Shown one piece after another: positions 1-10,100 of a DNA stretch of 64,000 nucleotides. Numbering within the stretch: the stretch's first letter is position 1; the number at the start of each line of letters is the position of its first letter. The DNA comes from an uncultured Bacteroidota bacterium (GTDB taxonomy: Bacteria > Bacteroidota > Bacteroidia > Flavobacteriales > Flavobacteriaceae): the NCBI GenBank assembly GCA_902519955.1, contig CABYMF010000001.1, forward strand, positions 24,055 to 88,054, in the 5' to 3' direction. The position numbers and the translations under genes were made by a program. The notes under the pieces were generated by a model that saw only the letters and a list, made by a program, of their open reading frames with translations, searched no databases and was not told where the DNA came from.

Positions 1-3000
1 GTTTATATCAGGACCTAATACCCTAACTCCCATTCTTTTACATTCTTCCATGAAAAAAGTAACTTGTTTTATATCATTCATATTATTTGATAGAACAGCT
101 GCCATATATTCAGAAGGATAATTGGCTTTTAGATAAGCTGTTTGGTATCCTATTAATGCGTAACATGTTGAATGAGATTTATTAAATGCATAAGAAGCAA
201 ATGCCTCCCAGTCTTTCCATATTTTTTCAAGTATTTCAATACTATGACCATTTTCTTGTCCACCTGTCATGAATTTGGGTTTCAATTTTTCAATTAAAGA
301 AAATATTTTTTTTCCCATAGCTTTCCTTAATAAGTCAGCTTCACCTTTTGAGAAACCTGATATTTTTTGAGAAAGTGACATAACCTGCTCTTGATAAACA
401 GTTATTCCATAGGTTTCATTTAAAAATTCCTCCATCTCTGGTATATCATATGCGATTGCTTCAGAGCCATTTTTTCTGGATATAAATGATGGAATATACT
501 CTAGGGGACCAGGCCTGTACAGAGCATTCATAGCTATTAAATCATTAAAGTTAGAGGGCTTTAAGTCTTTTAAATACTTTTGCATTCCTAGTGATTCATA
601 TTGAAAAATTCCAACTGTCTCACCTCTTTGAAAGAGTTCATATGTTTTTTTATCATCTAAAGGAAAATTTTCTGGATACAACTGTTTATCATACTTATAT
701 TTTATAAGCTTAACAGTGTCTTTAATAATGGTTAGTGTCTTTAAACCTAAGAAATCCATTTTAAGTAGTCCTGCATCTTCAACAACTGAATTATCAAATT
801 GAGTAACAAAAAAATCTGAATCTTTCGCTTTAGTAATTGGTACAAATTCTGAAATATCACTTGGAGTAATAATTACTCCACATGCATGAATCCCAGTATT
901 TCTCAGAGAACCCTCTAAAAGGCTTGCTTGTTTTAGAGTCTGTGCAGATAAATCACTGGAATTATATAATTTTTTTAATTCACTGACTCTGCTAAACTCA
1001 TCAGTTCTGAGCTCAGACTTTAATTCAGTATCTTTTTTTGAAAAAATCTCACCTAACTTCATGTTTGGAACTAGCTTAGAGATCCTATCAACTTCAGATA
1101 AAGATAGATCAAGTACTCTTCCTGTATCTCTGATTGATGACTTAGCAGCCATCTTACCATATGTTATTATTTGAGCAACTTGTTGAGAACCATATTTATT
1201 GACAACATATTCTATTACTTTATTTCTTCCTTCATCATCAAAATCTATATCAATATCAGGCAAGCTAACTCTATCAGGATTTAAAAATCTCTCAAAAAGG
1301 AGGTTATACTTTATTGGGTCAATACTCGTTATACCTAGAGCATATGCAACAACTGAACCAGCTGCTGATCCTCTTCCTGGTCCAACTGATACTCCCATCT
1401 CTCTTGAAGCGCTAATAAAGTCCTGAACAATTAAAAAATATCCTGGATAACCTGTTTTAGAGATTACATCAAGTTCAAAATCAATTCTTTCTTCTAGATC
1501 TTTATCTATTTCTTTATATTTTAATTTTATTCCCTCAAGAGTTAAATGTCTCAGATAAAGGTTTTGACCCTTCTGGTTATCAAAGTCATTATTTTGAATA
1601 AATTTTTTAGGAATTTTAAAGTCTGGAAGCAGTACTTCCCTTGCTAGTTCAAAAGGTTCGACTTTATCTATTATCTCTGATATATTATAGATGCTATCAG
1701 GAATATCTTTGAATAATTCAAACATTTCATCTTTAGACTTGTACCAATATTCCTCATTAGGTAATCCGTATCTGAAACCTCTTCCTTTTCCAATTGGCAC
1801 TGACTGCTTTTCACCATCTCTAACACATAGTAAAATATCATGGGCATTTGCTTCTGTCTTTGTGGTGTAAAAAGTATTATTAGTAGCTATAATCTTTATG
1901 TTGTATTTGGAGCTAAACTCTTTAATAATTGGTATTATATAATCTTCATTCTCTTGATTATGTCTTTGAATCTCTAGATAAAAATCTGATCCAAATGTAT
2001 CCTTCCACCAACTTAATGAATCTTCTGCTTTTTCTTCTCCTTGGTTTAGAATTTTAGATGATATCTCTCCTCTTAATCCACCCGATAGTACTATAATATC
2101 CTTAGAATATTTTTCAAGGATTTTTTTATCAATTCTAGGTAAGTAATAAAAACCTTCGATATTCGCTATAGAACTTAGCTTTGACAAGTTTCTAAAACCA
2201 TTCTTATTTTTAGCTATAAAAATCATTTGATACCCATCGTCTCTATTGGATTTATCAAGATGATTATCACAGATGTTTAATTCACAGCCAACTATTGGCT
2301 TAATATATTTTTGTCCATCACTCAGATTCTCATTATAGTTTTTTAGCGTTTTGATAAAATGAAAAGCACCCATCAGGTTTGATTTGTCTGTAATTGCAAT
2401 TGCATCATGAAAATACTCAATTGAGTATTTTAATAAATCTGATATTTTTGAGGTTGATTGAAGCACTGAAAATTGAGTATATGAATGAAGATGACCAAAT
2501 TTAAATTCCTGTTTATTTATTTCAGCTTTTAGATGTTCATTATTCTTTTCAACATTTTGATCTTTTTTTAATTTTCTAGACTCCTCAAATAAGTCGATAT
2601 GATTGATATCTGGAACGATAACTTTGGAGAGATCAAGCTTGGTTAGCTCATCTAAAATTTCATTATTATTTACAATAGAACTTGGATGAATTTTTTTCTC
2701 TTTTAATAACTTGAATAAACATAATGCTGTTGCCTCAACATCAGCAGAAGCATTATGAGCAGACTCAAATTTTTCATTAAACAGATGTTTGTATAGTTCC
2801 ATAAGGGTAGGTAACTTAAATTTCCTCCCTCTTCCACCAGTTAGCATACATATTCCAGCTGTTTCTTCAGTACATGTGTCAATTTTTGGGAAGTCTTGAA
2901 GAGGGTTAGCTCCTGCAGACCTTAAGTATTCAGATCCCAGAATTTTTTCATCAAAGTTTAAATTATGACCACATATAAATTTTGATCTTTTTAAGTCTTC

Positions 3001-3264
3001 ATGAAATTTATCTAAAACAAAACTAATTTCAACTCCAATCTTTTTTCCTAGTTGTGTTGAAATTCCATGAATTTTTTCTGAGTCATATGGAATTGAGAAA
3101 CCATCAGGATAAACAATATAACTTTGATTAGAAATACATTTTCCCGACAAATCGTGAACCTGCCATGCAACTTGAATTGCTCTTGGCCAGTTATCAAAAT
3201 CAGTTAATGGAGCACCCCATTTTTTTGGTAAACCGGTAGTTTCAGTATCAAAAATTAAAAACAT
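1..3264 (-). CDS. dnaE: DNA polymerase III alpha subunit (DnaE type), first 1088 codons. The gene runs off the left edge and has an N-terminal DEDDh (epsilon-like) 3'-5' exonuclease domain.
   Basis: Absent from the ORF track because it is open at the window edge. My reverse-complement translation from the ATG at 3264..3262 is stop-free to position 1. It reads MFLIFDTETTGLPKKWG (Exo I), FICGHNLNFDEKI (Exo II), SAHNASADVEAT (Exo III), then the PHP start FKFGHLHSYTQFSVLQS, the polymerase motif VGPGRGSAAGSVVAYALGIT, and FFMEECKRMGVRVLGPDIN at the edge. Confidence 0.9.
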   Translation of the reverse strand, partial: MFLIFDTETTGLPKKWGAPLTDFDNWPRAIQVAWQVHDLSGKCISNQSYIVYPDGFSIPYDSEKIHGISTQLGKKIGVEISFVLDKFHEDLKRSKFICGHNLNFDEKILGSEYLRSAGANPLQDFPKIDTCTEETAGICMLTGGRGRKFKLPTLMELYKHLFNEKFESAHNASADVEATALCLFKLLKEKKIHPSSIVNNNEILDELTKLDLSKVIVPDINHIDLFEESRKLKKDQNVEKNNEHLKAEINKQEFKFGHLHSYTQFSVLQSTSKISDLLKYSIEYFHDAIAITDKSNLMGAFHFIKTLKNYNENLSDGQKYIKPIVGCELNICDNHLDKSNRDDGYQMIFIAKNKNGFRNLSKLSSIANIEGFYYLPRIDKKILEKYSKDIIVLSGGLRGEISSKILNQGEEKAEDSLSWWKDTFGSDFYLEIQRHNQENEDYIIPIIKEFSSKYNIKIIATNNTFYTTKTEANAHDILLCVRDGEKQSVPIGKGRGFRYGLPNEEYWYKSKDEMFELFKDIPDSIYNISEIIDKVEPFELAREVLLPDFKIPKKFIQNNDFDNQKGQNLYLRHLTLEGIKLKYKEIDKDLEERIDFELDVISKTGYPGYFLIVQDFISASREMGVSVGPGRGSAAGSVVAYALGITSIDPIKYNLLFERFLNPDRVSLPDIDIDFDDEGRNKVIEYVVNKYGSQQVAQIITYGKMAAKSSIRDTGRVLDLSLSEVDRISKLVPNMKLGEIFSKKDTELKSELRTDEFSRVSELKKLYNSSDLSAQTLKQASLLEGSLRNTGIHACGVIITPSDISEFVPITKAKDSDFFVTQFDNSVVEDAGLLKMDFLGLKTLTIIKDTVKLIKYKYDKQLYPENFPLDDKKTYELFQRGETVGIFQYESLGMQKYLKDLKPSNFNDLIAMNALYRPGPLEYIPSFISRKNGSEAIAYDIPEMEEFLNETYGITVYQEQVMSLSQKISGFSKGEADLLRKAMGKKIFSLIEKLKPKFMTGGQENGHSIEILEKIWKDWEAFASYAFNKSHSTCYALIGYQTAYLKANYPSEYMAAVLSNNMNDIKQVTFFMEECKRMGVRVLGPDIN

Positions 3265-3336
3265 TTAGGAATAGTTTCAATTACTAATTTAATATTTTAT
3301 CTTGGATTGTTTTTGAATATTTATTAATAGTTTTTA

Positions 3337-5028
3337 ATGAAAAAAAGCAAAGAAACTTTTACAATTACTGCTGCTTTACCATATGCAAATGGACCTATTC
3401 ATATTGGACATTTAGCAGGTGTTTATATCCCTGCCGATATATACGCACGATATAAGAGACTGACTGAAAATGATGTTGTATTTATTTGTGGAAGTGATGA
3501 GCATGGTGTTGCTATATCTTTAGCTTCAAAAAAAGCATCCATAAGTCCAAAAGAATTAATTGATAAATATGATGAAATGATTAAATCATCTTTCAAAGAA
3601 TTTGGTATTTCATTTGATAATTATTCAAGGACTTCAAAAGAAATTCATCATGAAACGTCTATAGAATTATTTGATCTTCTTAAAGAAAAAAATCTATTTT
3701 CATTAAGTGAATCAGATCAGTATTATGATACAGAAGAAAGTCAGTTTCTTGCAGATCGATATATTGTAGGGACTTGTCCATGTGGAAAATTTGATGAAGC
3801 TTATGGTGATCAATGTGAAAAATGTGGTGCAACACTTAGTCCTGACGAGCTTATCAACCCCAGATCAGCTATTTCTGATTCAACACCAATACTAAAGGGA
3901 ACTAAACATTACTATATAAAACTTGATGAATTTGAGGAATTTATTAGAGAATGGATAACAATCGAAAATAAAGAAAAATGGAAGGTGAATGTTGTTGGAC
4001 AAGTTAAGTCATGGTTGGATAGTGGGCTTAAACCAAGAGCCGTTACTCGAGATCTAGATTGGGGTATTCCAATTCAAGTTGATGGTGAAAATGGAAAAGT
4101 TTTATATGTATGGTTTGAAGCTCCTATAGGATATATATCCTCTACCAAAGAGTGGGCACTAAAAAATAAAAAAGATTGGAAACATTATTGGAAAAATCCT
4201 AAAACAAATCTAATTCATTTCATAGGAAAGGATAACATAGTATTTCACTGTGTAATATTTCCAATTATGTTAAAAATGTTTGGCGATTTTATTTTACCTA
4301 AAAATGTTCCAGCAAATGAATTTCTTAACCTAGAGGGAGATAAGATATCTACATCAAGAAACTGGGCAGTTTGGTTACATGAATATCTAGTGGAGTTTCC
4401 AAATATGCAAGATGTTTTAAGATATGTTTTAACAGCTACCTGTCCTGAGACAAAGGATAATGACTTTACCTGGAAAGAGTTTCAGACAAGAAATAATAGT
4501 GAATTAGTCTCTATTTATGGAAACTTTACAAACAGAGTTTTATCATTAATAGATAAATATTATGATGGAAATATCCCAAAATCTAACTCAACAGACATAT
4601 CTGATCAAGAAGTTTTAAATGAGGTTATAAGTTTTAAGAATCAATTAATGATCTCATTAGATAATTTTAAATTTAGAGAAGCACTTAAGAATCTTATGAA
4701 TATTGCAAGACTAGGTAATAAATATCTTGCAGATAATGAACCTTGGAAAATTAAAAATGATAATCCTAAAAGAGTGGAAAAAATTCTTAATGTATCCTTT
4801 GTAATTGTCTCATATTTAGCTGTTATATCCGAACCATTCATTCCTTTTACTTCTAAAAAACTAAAAGATATGATTGGATTGAATGAAGTTGATTGGAAAG
4901 ATCTGGACAATCTTAAGGATAAAATAGATTTTGATTTTAAAATAAATAATAAAGAGATGTTATTTAGGAGAATCGAAGACTCTGAGATTGAGTTTCAAAA
5001 AAGTAAACTTAATAAAGGTGTCAATTAA
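3337..5028 (+). CDS. metG: Methionine--tRNA ligase, short form of 563 aa
   Basis: Class I aaRS motifs are present: PYANGPIHIGHLAG (HIGH) and KISTSRN (KMSKS-like). There is a zinc knuckle CPCGKFDEAYGDQCEKCG and an anticodon-binding helical C-terminus. Confidence 0.93.
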   Translation: MKKSKETFTITAALPYANGPIHIGHLAGVYIPADIYARYKRLTENDVVFICGSDEHGVAISLASKKASISPKELIDKYDEMIKSSFKEFGISFDNYSRTSKEIHHETSIELFDLLKEKNLFSLSESDQYYDTEESQFLADRYIVGTCPCGKFDEAYGDQCEKCGATLSPDELINPRSAISDSTPILKGTKHYYIKLDEFEEFIREWITIENKEKWKVNVVGQVKSWLDSGLKPRAVTRDLDWGIPIQVDGENGKVLYVWFEAPIGYISSTKEWALKNKKDWKHYWKNPKTNLIHFIGKDNIVFHCVIFPIMLKMFGDFILPKNVPANEFLNLEGDKISTSRNWAVWLHEYLVEFPNMQDVLRYVLTATCPETKDNDFTWKEFQTRNNSELVSIYGNFTNRVLSLIDKYYDGNIPKSNSTDISDQEVLNEVISFKNQLMISLDNFKFREALKNLMNIARLGNKYLADNEPWKIKNDNPKRVEKILNVSFVIVSYLAVISEPFIPFTSKKLKDMIGLNEVDWKDLDNLKDKIDFDFKINNKEMLFRRIEDSEIEFQKSKLNKGVN

Positions 5029-5575
5029 TTATACTATCCTCTAAAATTGATTTAATTGTATTGATTGAGTAATTAAAAAAAATAAATATTTTATTTAATT
5101 CCTCTAGCCCTTTTTCTTTACTCCAATCATTTAAATTTAATTTTGTCTTTTGAATCTGGATATTTAGCAACTTAAATCTTCCCTTTACTTCTGGTCTATT
5201 GTTATAAAGCTGGAATTCTGACTTAGAGATATCTGATGAATATCTACTTAGTGAATTTAAGGTTTCATCTAGGTAAGTAGCGTCATTTTCAAGGTATCCA
5301 GAAATTGAATTAGCAAGGACAAAAATATATGACTCTAAGAATTTAAATTCAGACCAATCATCTAGATTATAATTAGAAATAAAATCTTCATTAAGTTTAA
5401 TTGGGACTTCATATATTGCCTCAATGGATCCTTTTGTTTCTAAAACTTCTTCAGTCTTATTCTCTGGTGTTTGATTACACGATATAAATAATATTATTAT
5501 AAATAAATATTTCTTATCTAAAAAGACTGTCATAATTGAACTAAATCTACGATATTTTATACTTTTATCATTCAA
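5021..5575 (-). CDS. Hypothetical lipoprotein
   Basis: A 184-aa ORF with a lipobox-like LFISC after a hydrophobic stretch. The more likely start is M15 (ATG at 5533..5531). I recognise no family. Confidence 0.5.
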   Translation of the reverse strand: MNDKSIKYRRFSSIMTVFLDKKYLFIIILFISCNQTPENKTEEVLETKGSIEAIYEVPIKLNEDFISNYNLDDWSEFKFLESYIFVLANSISGYLENDATYLDETLNSLSRYSSDISKSEFQLYNNRPEVKGRFKLLNIQIQKTKLNLNDWSKEKGLEELNKIFIFFNYSINTIKSILEDSIIN

Positions 5576-5673
5576 TATTTTAAATATGAGTAAATCGTTT
5601 GTTGTATTTATAGTTATTCTCTCTATGATTGTAGTTTTAGGTTCTATTTTTTATGACTACATGACTTCCAAAA

Positions 5674-7146
5674 ATGACTAAAAAGATTATAATTATTGGT
5701 TCTGGGTTTTCATCAATTTCAGCAGCAACATATCTTGCTAATAATGGATATGATGTAACAATACTGGAAAAAAATAGCTCATTTGGCGGACGTGCCAGAA
5801 ATTTTAAAGCTGAAGGATTCACTTTTGACATGGGGCCATCATGGTATTGGATGCCAGACGTTTTTGAAAAATATTTTAATGACTTTGACAAATCCGTTAG
5901 TGATTATTATACCCTAAAAAAATTGGATCCAGCCTATAGAGTATACTTTGGAAAAAATGATTTTATTGAGATTGAAGATAATCTTGAAAAAATTAGTAAA
6001 ACTTTTGAGGAAGTTGAGAAAGGTGCATCAAAAAACCTTATAAAATTTATGACCGAGGCTAAGAATAATTATTCAGTTGCTATGGAAAAGGTCGTTTACA
6101 AACCTGGTAAATCAATTTTAGAATTAGTTACTATTGGAACTATTAAAAGATTGAGATACTTTACAACTAACATTAAATCTGAGGTTAGTAGATATTTTAA
6201 GAATAACAAGCTACGTCAAATAATGGAATTTCCTGTTTTATTTCTTGGTGCTAAACCAGAGAACACTCCTGCTTTTTATAATATAATGAATCATGCCGAT
6301 CTAGGCCTGGGCACCTGGTTCCCAGAAAAAGGAGGTATGCATAAAGTTGTGGAGTCAATGATTAAACTTGCAAAAGAAAAAGGAGTAAAATTTAAATCAA
6401 ATCAAAATGTTGACAAGATAATAGTTAGCAATAGAAGAATTAAAGGTGTTATTTCAAATGGTGTAGAATTCCATAGTGATATTGTAATTAGTGGGGCAGA
6501 TTATCATCATACTGAAACGCTTATTCCAAACAATCTAAAAAATTATAATGAGTTATTTTGGGGAAAAAAGGTTTTTGCACCTTCATCACTATTATTCTAT
6601 ATCGGTTTAGATAGAAAAATAAATAATTTAACTCATCATAATCTTTTTTTTGATGTTGATTTTAATAAACATGCCTCTGAGATATACGATGACCCAAAAT
6701 GGCCTGAATCCCCTCTGTTCTATTTAAATTTCCCATCATTATCAGATAAAAGTATGGCACCAGATGGCTGTGAAAATTGTTTTATTCTGATTCCAATTGC
6801 TCCAGATTTAGAAGACAATGAAGAAATAAGAGGGAAATATTTAAACCTTGTGCTCAAAAGAATAGAAGATATTTCAGGTGAAAAAATCGTTGATAATATT
6901 ATTTATCAAAAATCATTTTGTGTTAAAGACTTTATAAGTGATTATAACTCATATAAAGGGAATGCCTATGGTCTTGCAAATACATTATTTCAGACCTCTA
7001 TTTTCAAACCTAAAATGAAAAGCAAGAGAATAAAAGGATTATATTTTACGGGTCAGCTTACTGTTCCTGGGCCAGGGGTTCCACCCTCTTTAATATCAGG
7101 TAAAATTGTATCTAGTGAAGTTATAAAGGATTACCCGAATCAATAA
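5674..7146 (+). CDS. crtI: Phytoene desaturase (CrtI family)
   Basis: N-terminal FAD fold KKIIIIGSGFSSISAATYLA..EKNSSFGGRA, followed by FTFDMGPSWYWMPDVFEKYF, which is typical of bacterial CrtI. Length is 490 aa. Confidence 0.85.
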   Translation: MTKKIIIIGSGFSSISAATYLANNGYDVTILEKNSSFGGRARNFKAEGFTFDMGPSWYWMPDVFEKYFNDFDKSVSDYYTLKKLDPAYRVYFGKNDFIEIEDNLEKISKTFEEVEKGASKNLIKFMTEAKNNYSVAMEKVVYKPGKSILELVTIGTIKRLRYFTTNIKSEVSRYFKNNKLRQIMEFPVLFLGAKPENTPAFYNIMNHADLGLGTWFPEKGGMHKVVESMIKLAKEKGVKFKSNQNVDKIIVSNRRIKGVISNGVEFHSDIVISGADYHHTETLIPNNLKNYNELFWGKKVFAPSSLLFYIGLDRKINNLTHHNLFFDVDFNKHASEIYDDPKWPESPLFYLNFPSLSDKSMAPDGCENCFILIPIAPDLEDNEEIRGKYLNLVLKRIEDISGEKIVDNIIYQKSFCVKDFISDYNSYKGNAYGLANTLFQTSIFKPKMKSKRIKGLYFTGQLTVPGPGVPPSLISGKIVSSEVIKDYPNQ

Positions 7147-10100
7147 ATTCATCTGTCTGCATTATATCAATTATTATGTCTGAAATAATCATTTGAATTT
7201 GTTCTACTGATAAAATAGCTTGATTTTTTATAAATTGAAATGGTAAGTTTCTTTTCTTTAGTGAACATATTCCTATTTCTTTTATCTGAATGTTAGCATC
7301 ATCTATCCCAAACAAATATTTGTAAAAAAGCAACTGGAGTAAATATGAATATTTATGGTCTATTTTGACTTTATCAATATTTTTAATATCTAAGACTCCT
7401 GAATTAACATTGCCGGATTTATAGTCAATTATTCTTACTTCATCATTAAACATATCAATTCTGTCAATTATACCTTTAAGTTTTACATTTTGATTTCTTA
7501 TCGTCAAATTATATTCCAGTTTCTTTTCTAAAGAAATTATTTTGATCCTAGCATTTTGATTTTTTATTTGGTCTAACTCAAAATTAAGTGTGTTTTCAAT
7601 ATACTCTTTTACAACCTCAATAAATATTAAATTTTTACCTATCGGTTCCTTTGAATAGAGCTCAATAAATGTGTTGCGTGATTCATTTTGTAATTGATTT
7701 TTCATAAAATTAATATCACTAACATCAAGGTTTTTGCCAATGAAAGGTTTGTAGAGTTTTTCAATTACTCTATGGATAAGGGTGCCTTGATCCATATAGT
7801 TTAGGTATTTTGATTCATCTTTGTTATCTATTCCAAGTATTTTTTGCTCATAGAATAAATATGGGTTCTTGATAAAAAGTGACAATGAAGATGCAGATAC
7901 TCCTTCTGACAATATGCTTTCAATTTTTTTGGAAATTAAATCGTCCTTAACAATTTTTACTTCCTCATCTTCAGATATAATTAGATTTTGTTGAATCACT
8001 TTTCTGTTTATGAATGTTAATCCAGAACTTAACATTTTAATTTGCTTGACAAACCTACTTTCTTCTCCACTCCCAAAAGAATTTATGCTTGAATCATAAA
8101 TCAAATGAACTTGCTTAGCCTTATCTATTATTTTATAAAATTTATCTGAGATCTTTTTTTCTTGTTCATTTTGTGATAAGCTTTCAAATTTCTTTTTTTC
8201 AGAATCGGATATAGCAGAGTCATTTAATTTTATAAAAGGAAATAGTCCTTCATTCATGTTTGGGAACAAAACATAATCATAGTCTAAAATTTTTGTACTG
8301 AAAAGATGAGTTGAATAACATAATTCTATATTTGATTCATCATCAAAAAAATTAATTAATTGAATTAAATCTGGATTTGGAAAAAATATATAAACTTTAG
8401 AGGAATTGTTTTTAGCAAATGCTTTTGAGAGTAATTCTGATATATATTTTGCTTGACTTAAATTCTTTAACGCTGATATAATATTAATCTTTTTATTTTC
8501 GCTACTACTAGATTCAATTTTGTTTTGGTCATTTTTATTAATTGTTTTTTGCCCAATTTTATATTCCTCCGTTACTGATTTATATTCAAGAAAATTGTGT
8601 ATAATTGATGAAAGTGAATTATTATTTAACTTATCTTTTTTGGAAATAATACTTAGCTCACTCTCTGCTCTAGAAAAAGCCACATATAATAGATTAATTG
8701 TGTCTAATTTGATGTTAAGCTCACTACTTTCATAAATTTCTTTAGCATTATCTCCCATGTGAATTAAGTTTTGTGATTTTGGGACTAATGTCCACTTAAG
8801 ACTATCAAAACTTTTAAAGGGTTCATATAACCAAATTGGATCTGCATTTCTATTGTCATTAATTTTGTCATTATAGATTGGCACAATTACAAAAGGGAAC
8901 TCAAGACCCTTAGCTTTATGAATGGTTGATATAACAATTGAATCTCTGTGTTCTGGAATATTTAGATGAATACTATCTGATTTTTTTTCCCAATATTCGA
9001 TATATGAATTTATTGAGTCATCATGTGATTCAATAAATTCAAAGATATTATCTATAAAAGCATATAAATATGCATCATTAATATTAATATGGAAATTGTC
9101 TATACAGTATTTGACTGCATTTAAAATATTTAGCGATGTAAAATATTTAAAATCAAACTTTTGATTTGAAATATTTCTAAAAAAATCAATTATATCAGTC
9201 TTTGAAAGATTAATATGAAAACACATATTTAAATTTTCATAGTTATTGCCAAAATAATTATGTTTAAATAAAAAATCTATCACTCTCTTTCTTTCCGAAT
9301 AATCATTTTTAGCTTTACTTAATTTTAGTATTGAAATAATAAATTGAATTTTCTTTGAACTGGAAATCTGTAAAACCTCACTTGATATTAGATTGAATTT
9401 TGAACTATTAATGTTTTCAATTAAATCCTTGGCATGTTTATTAAATCTTACAAGAATAGCTATTTCATTTGGTTTATAACCTCTATCTATAATGTCCAAA
9501 ATTTCGTTTTCAATTTTTGAATAAAATGTTTGACTTTCACAAGAAGTTATAGATACATGACCAACTTCTTTTTTATTAGATTCTTGTTTAAAATTTAAAT
9601 CATCTGAATCATATATATCTAGCTCTAAATGGTTTGATAAATAAGTAAAAAAATCAGAATTAAAATTTATAATTTCTCTTGAGCTTCTATAGTTAGAATC
9701 TATTTTTTCAATATCTGGTTTGAAATGAAAGGGATTTGTCTGACCATAAATTAGATTTATAAACTGATTAAACTTACCTCCTCGCCATCTATATATTGAT
9801 TGTTTTGGATCACCTACAATTAAAAGTGAACCTTTTAAACCATCATGTGACTCACTATGAATAGAGTTTGAAATTAAAGGGATTAAATTATTCCATTGAA
9901 GCTCAGAGGTGTCTTGGAACTCATCTATATAAAAATCTGTAAATCTTGAGCCTAATTTTTCATATATATATGGTGTATCGTTTTGTTGAATAAGTAAATT
10001 AAGTTGTTTATTAAACTTACTAATTAACCTAATGCCGTTTTCATCTTGAATTTTTTGAATTTTTTCTTCAAGTTTTGAGATAATAGAAAAGGGAGGAAGA

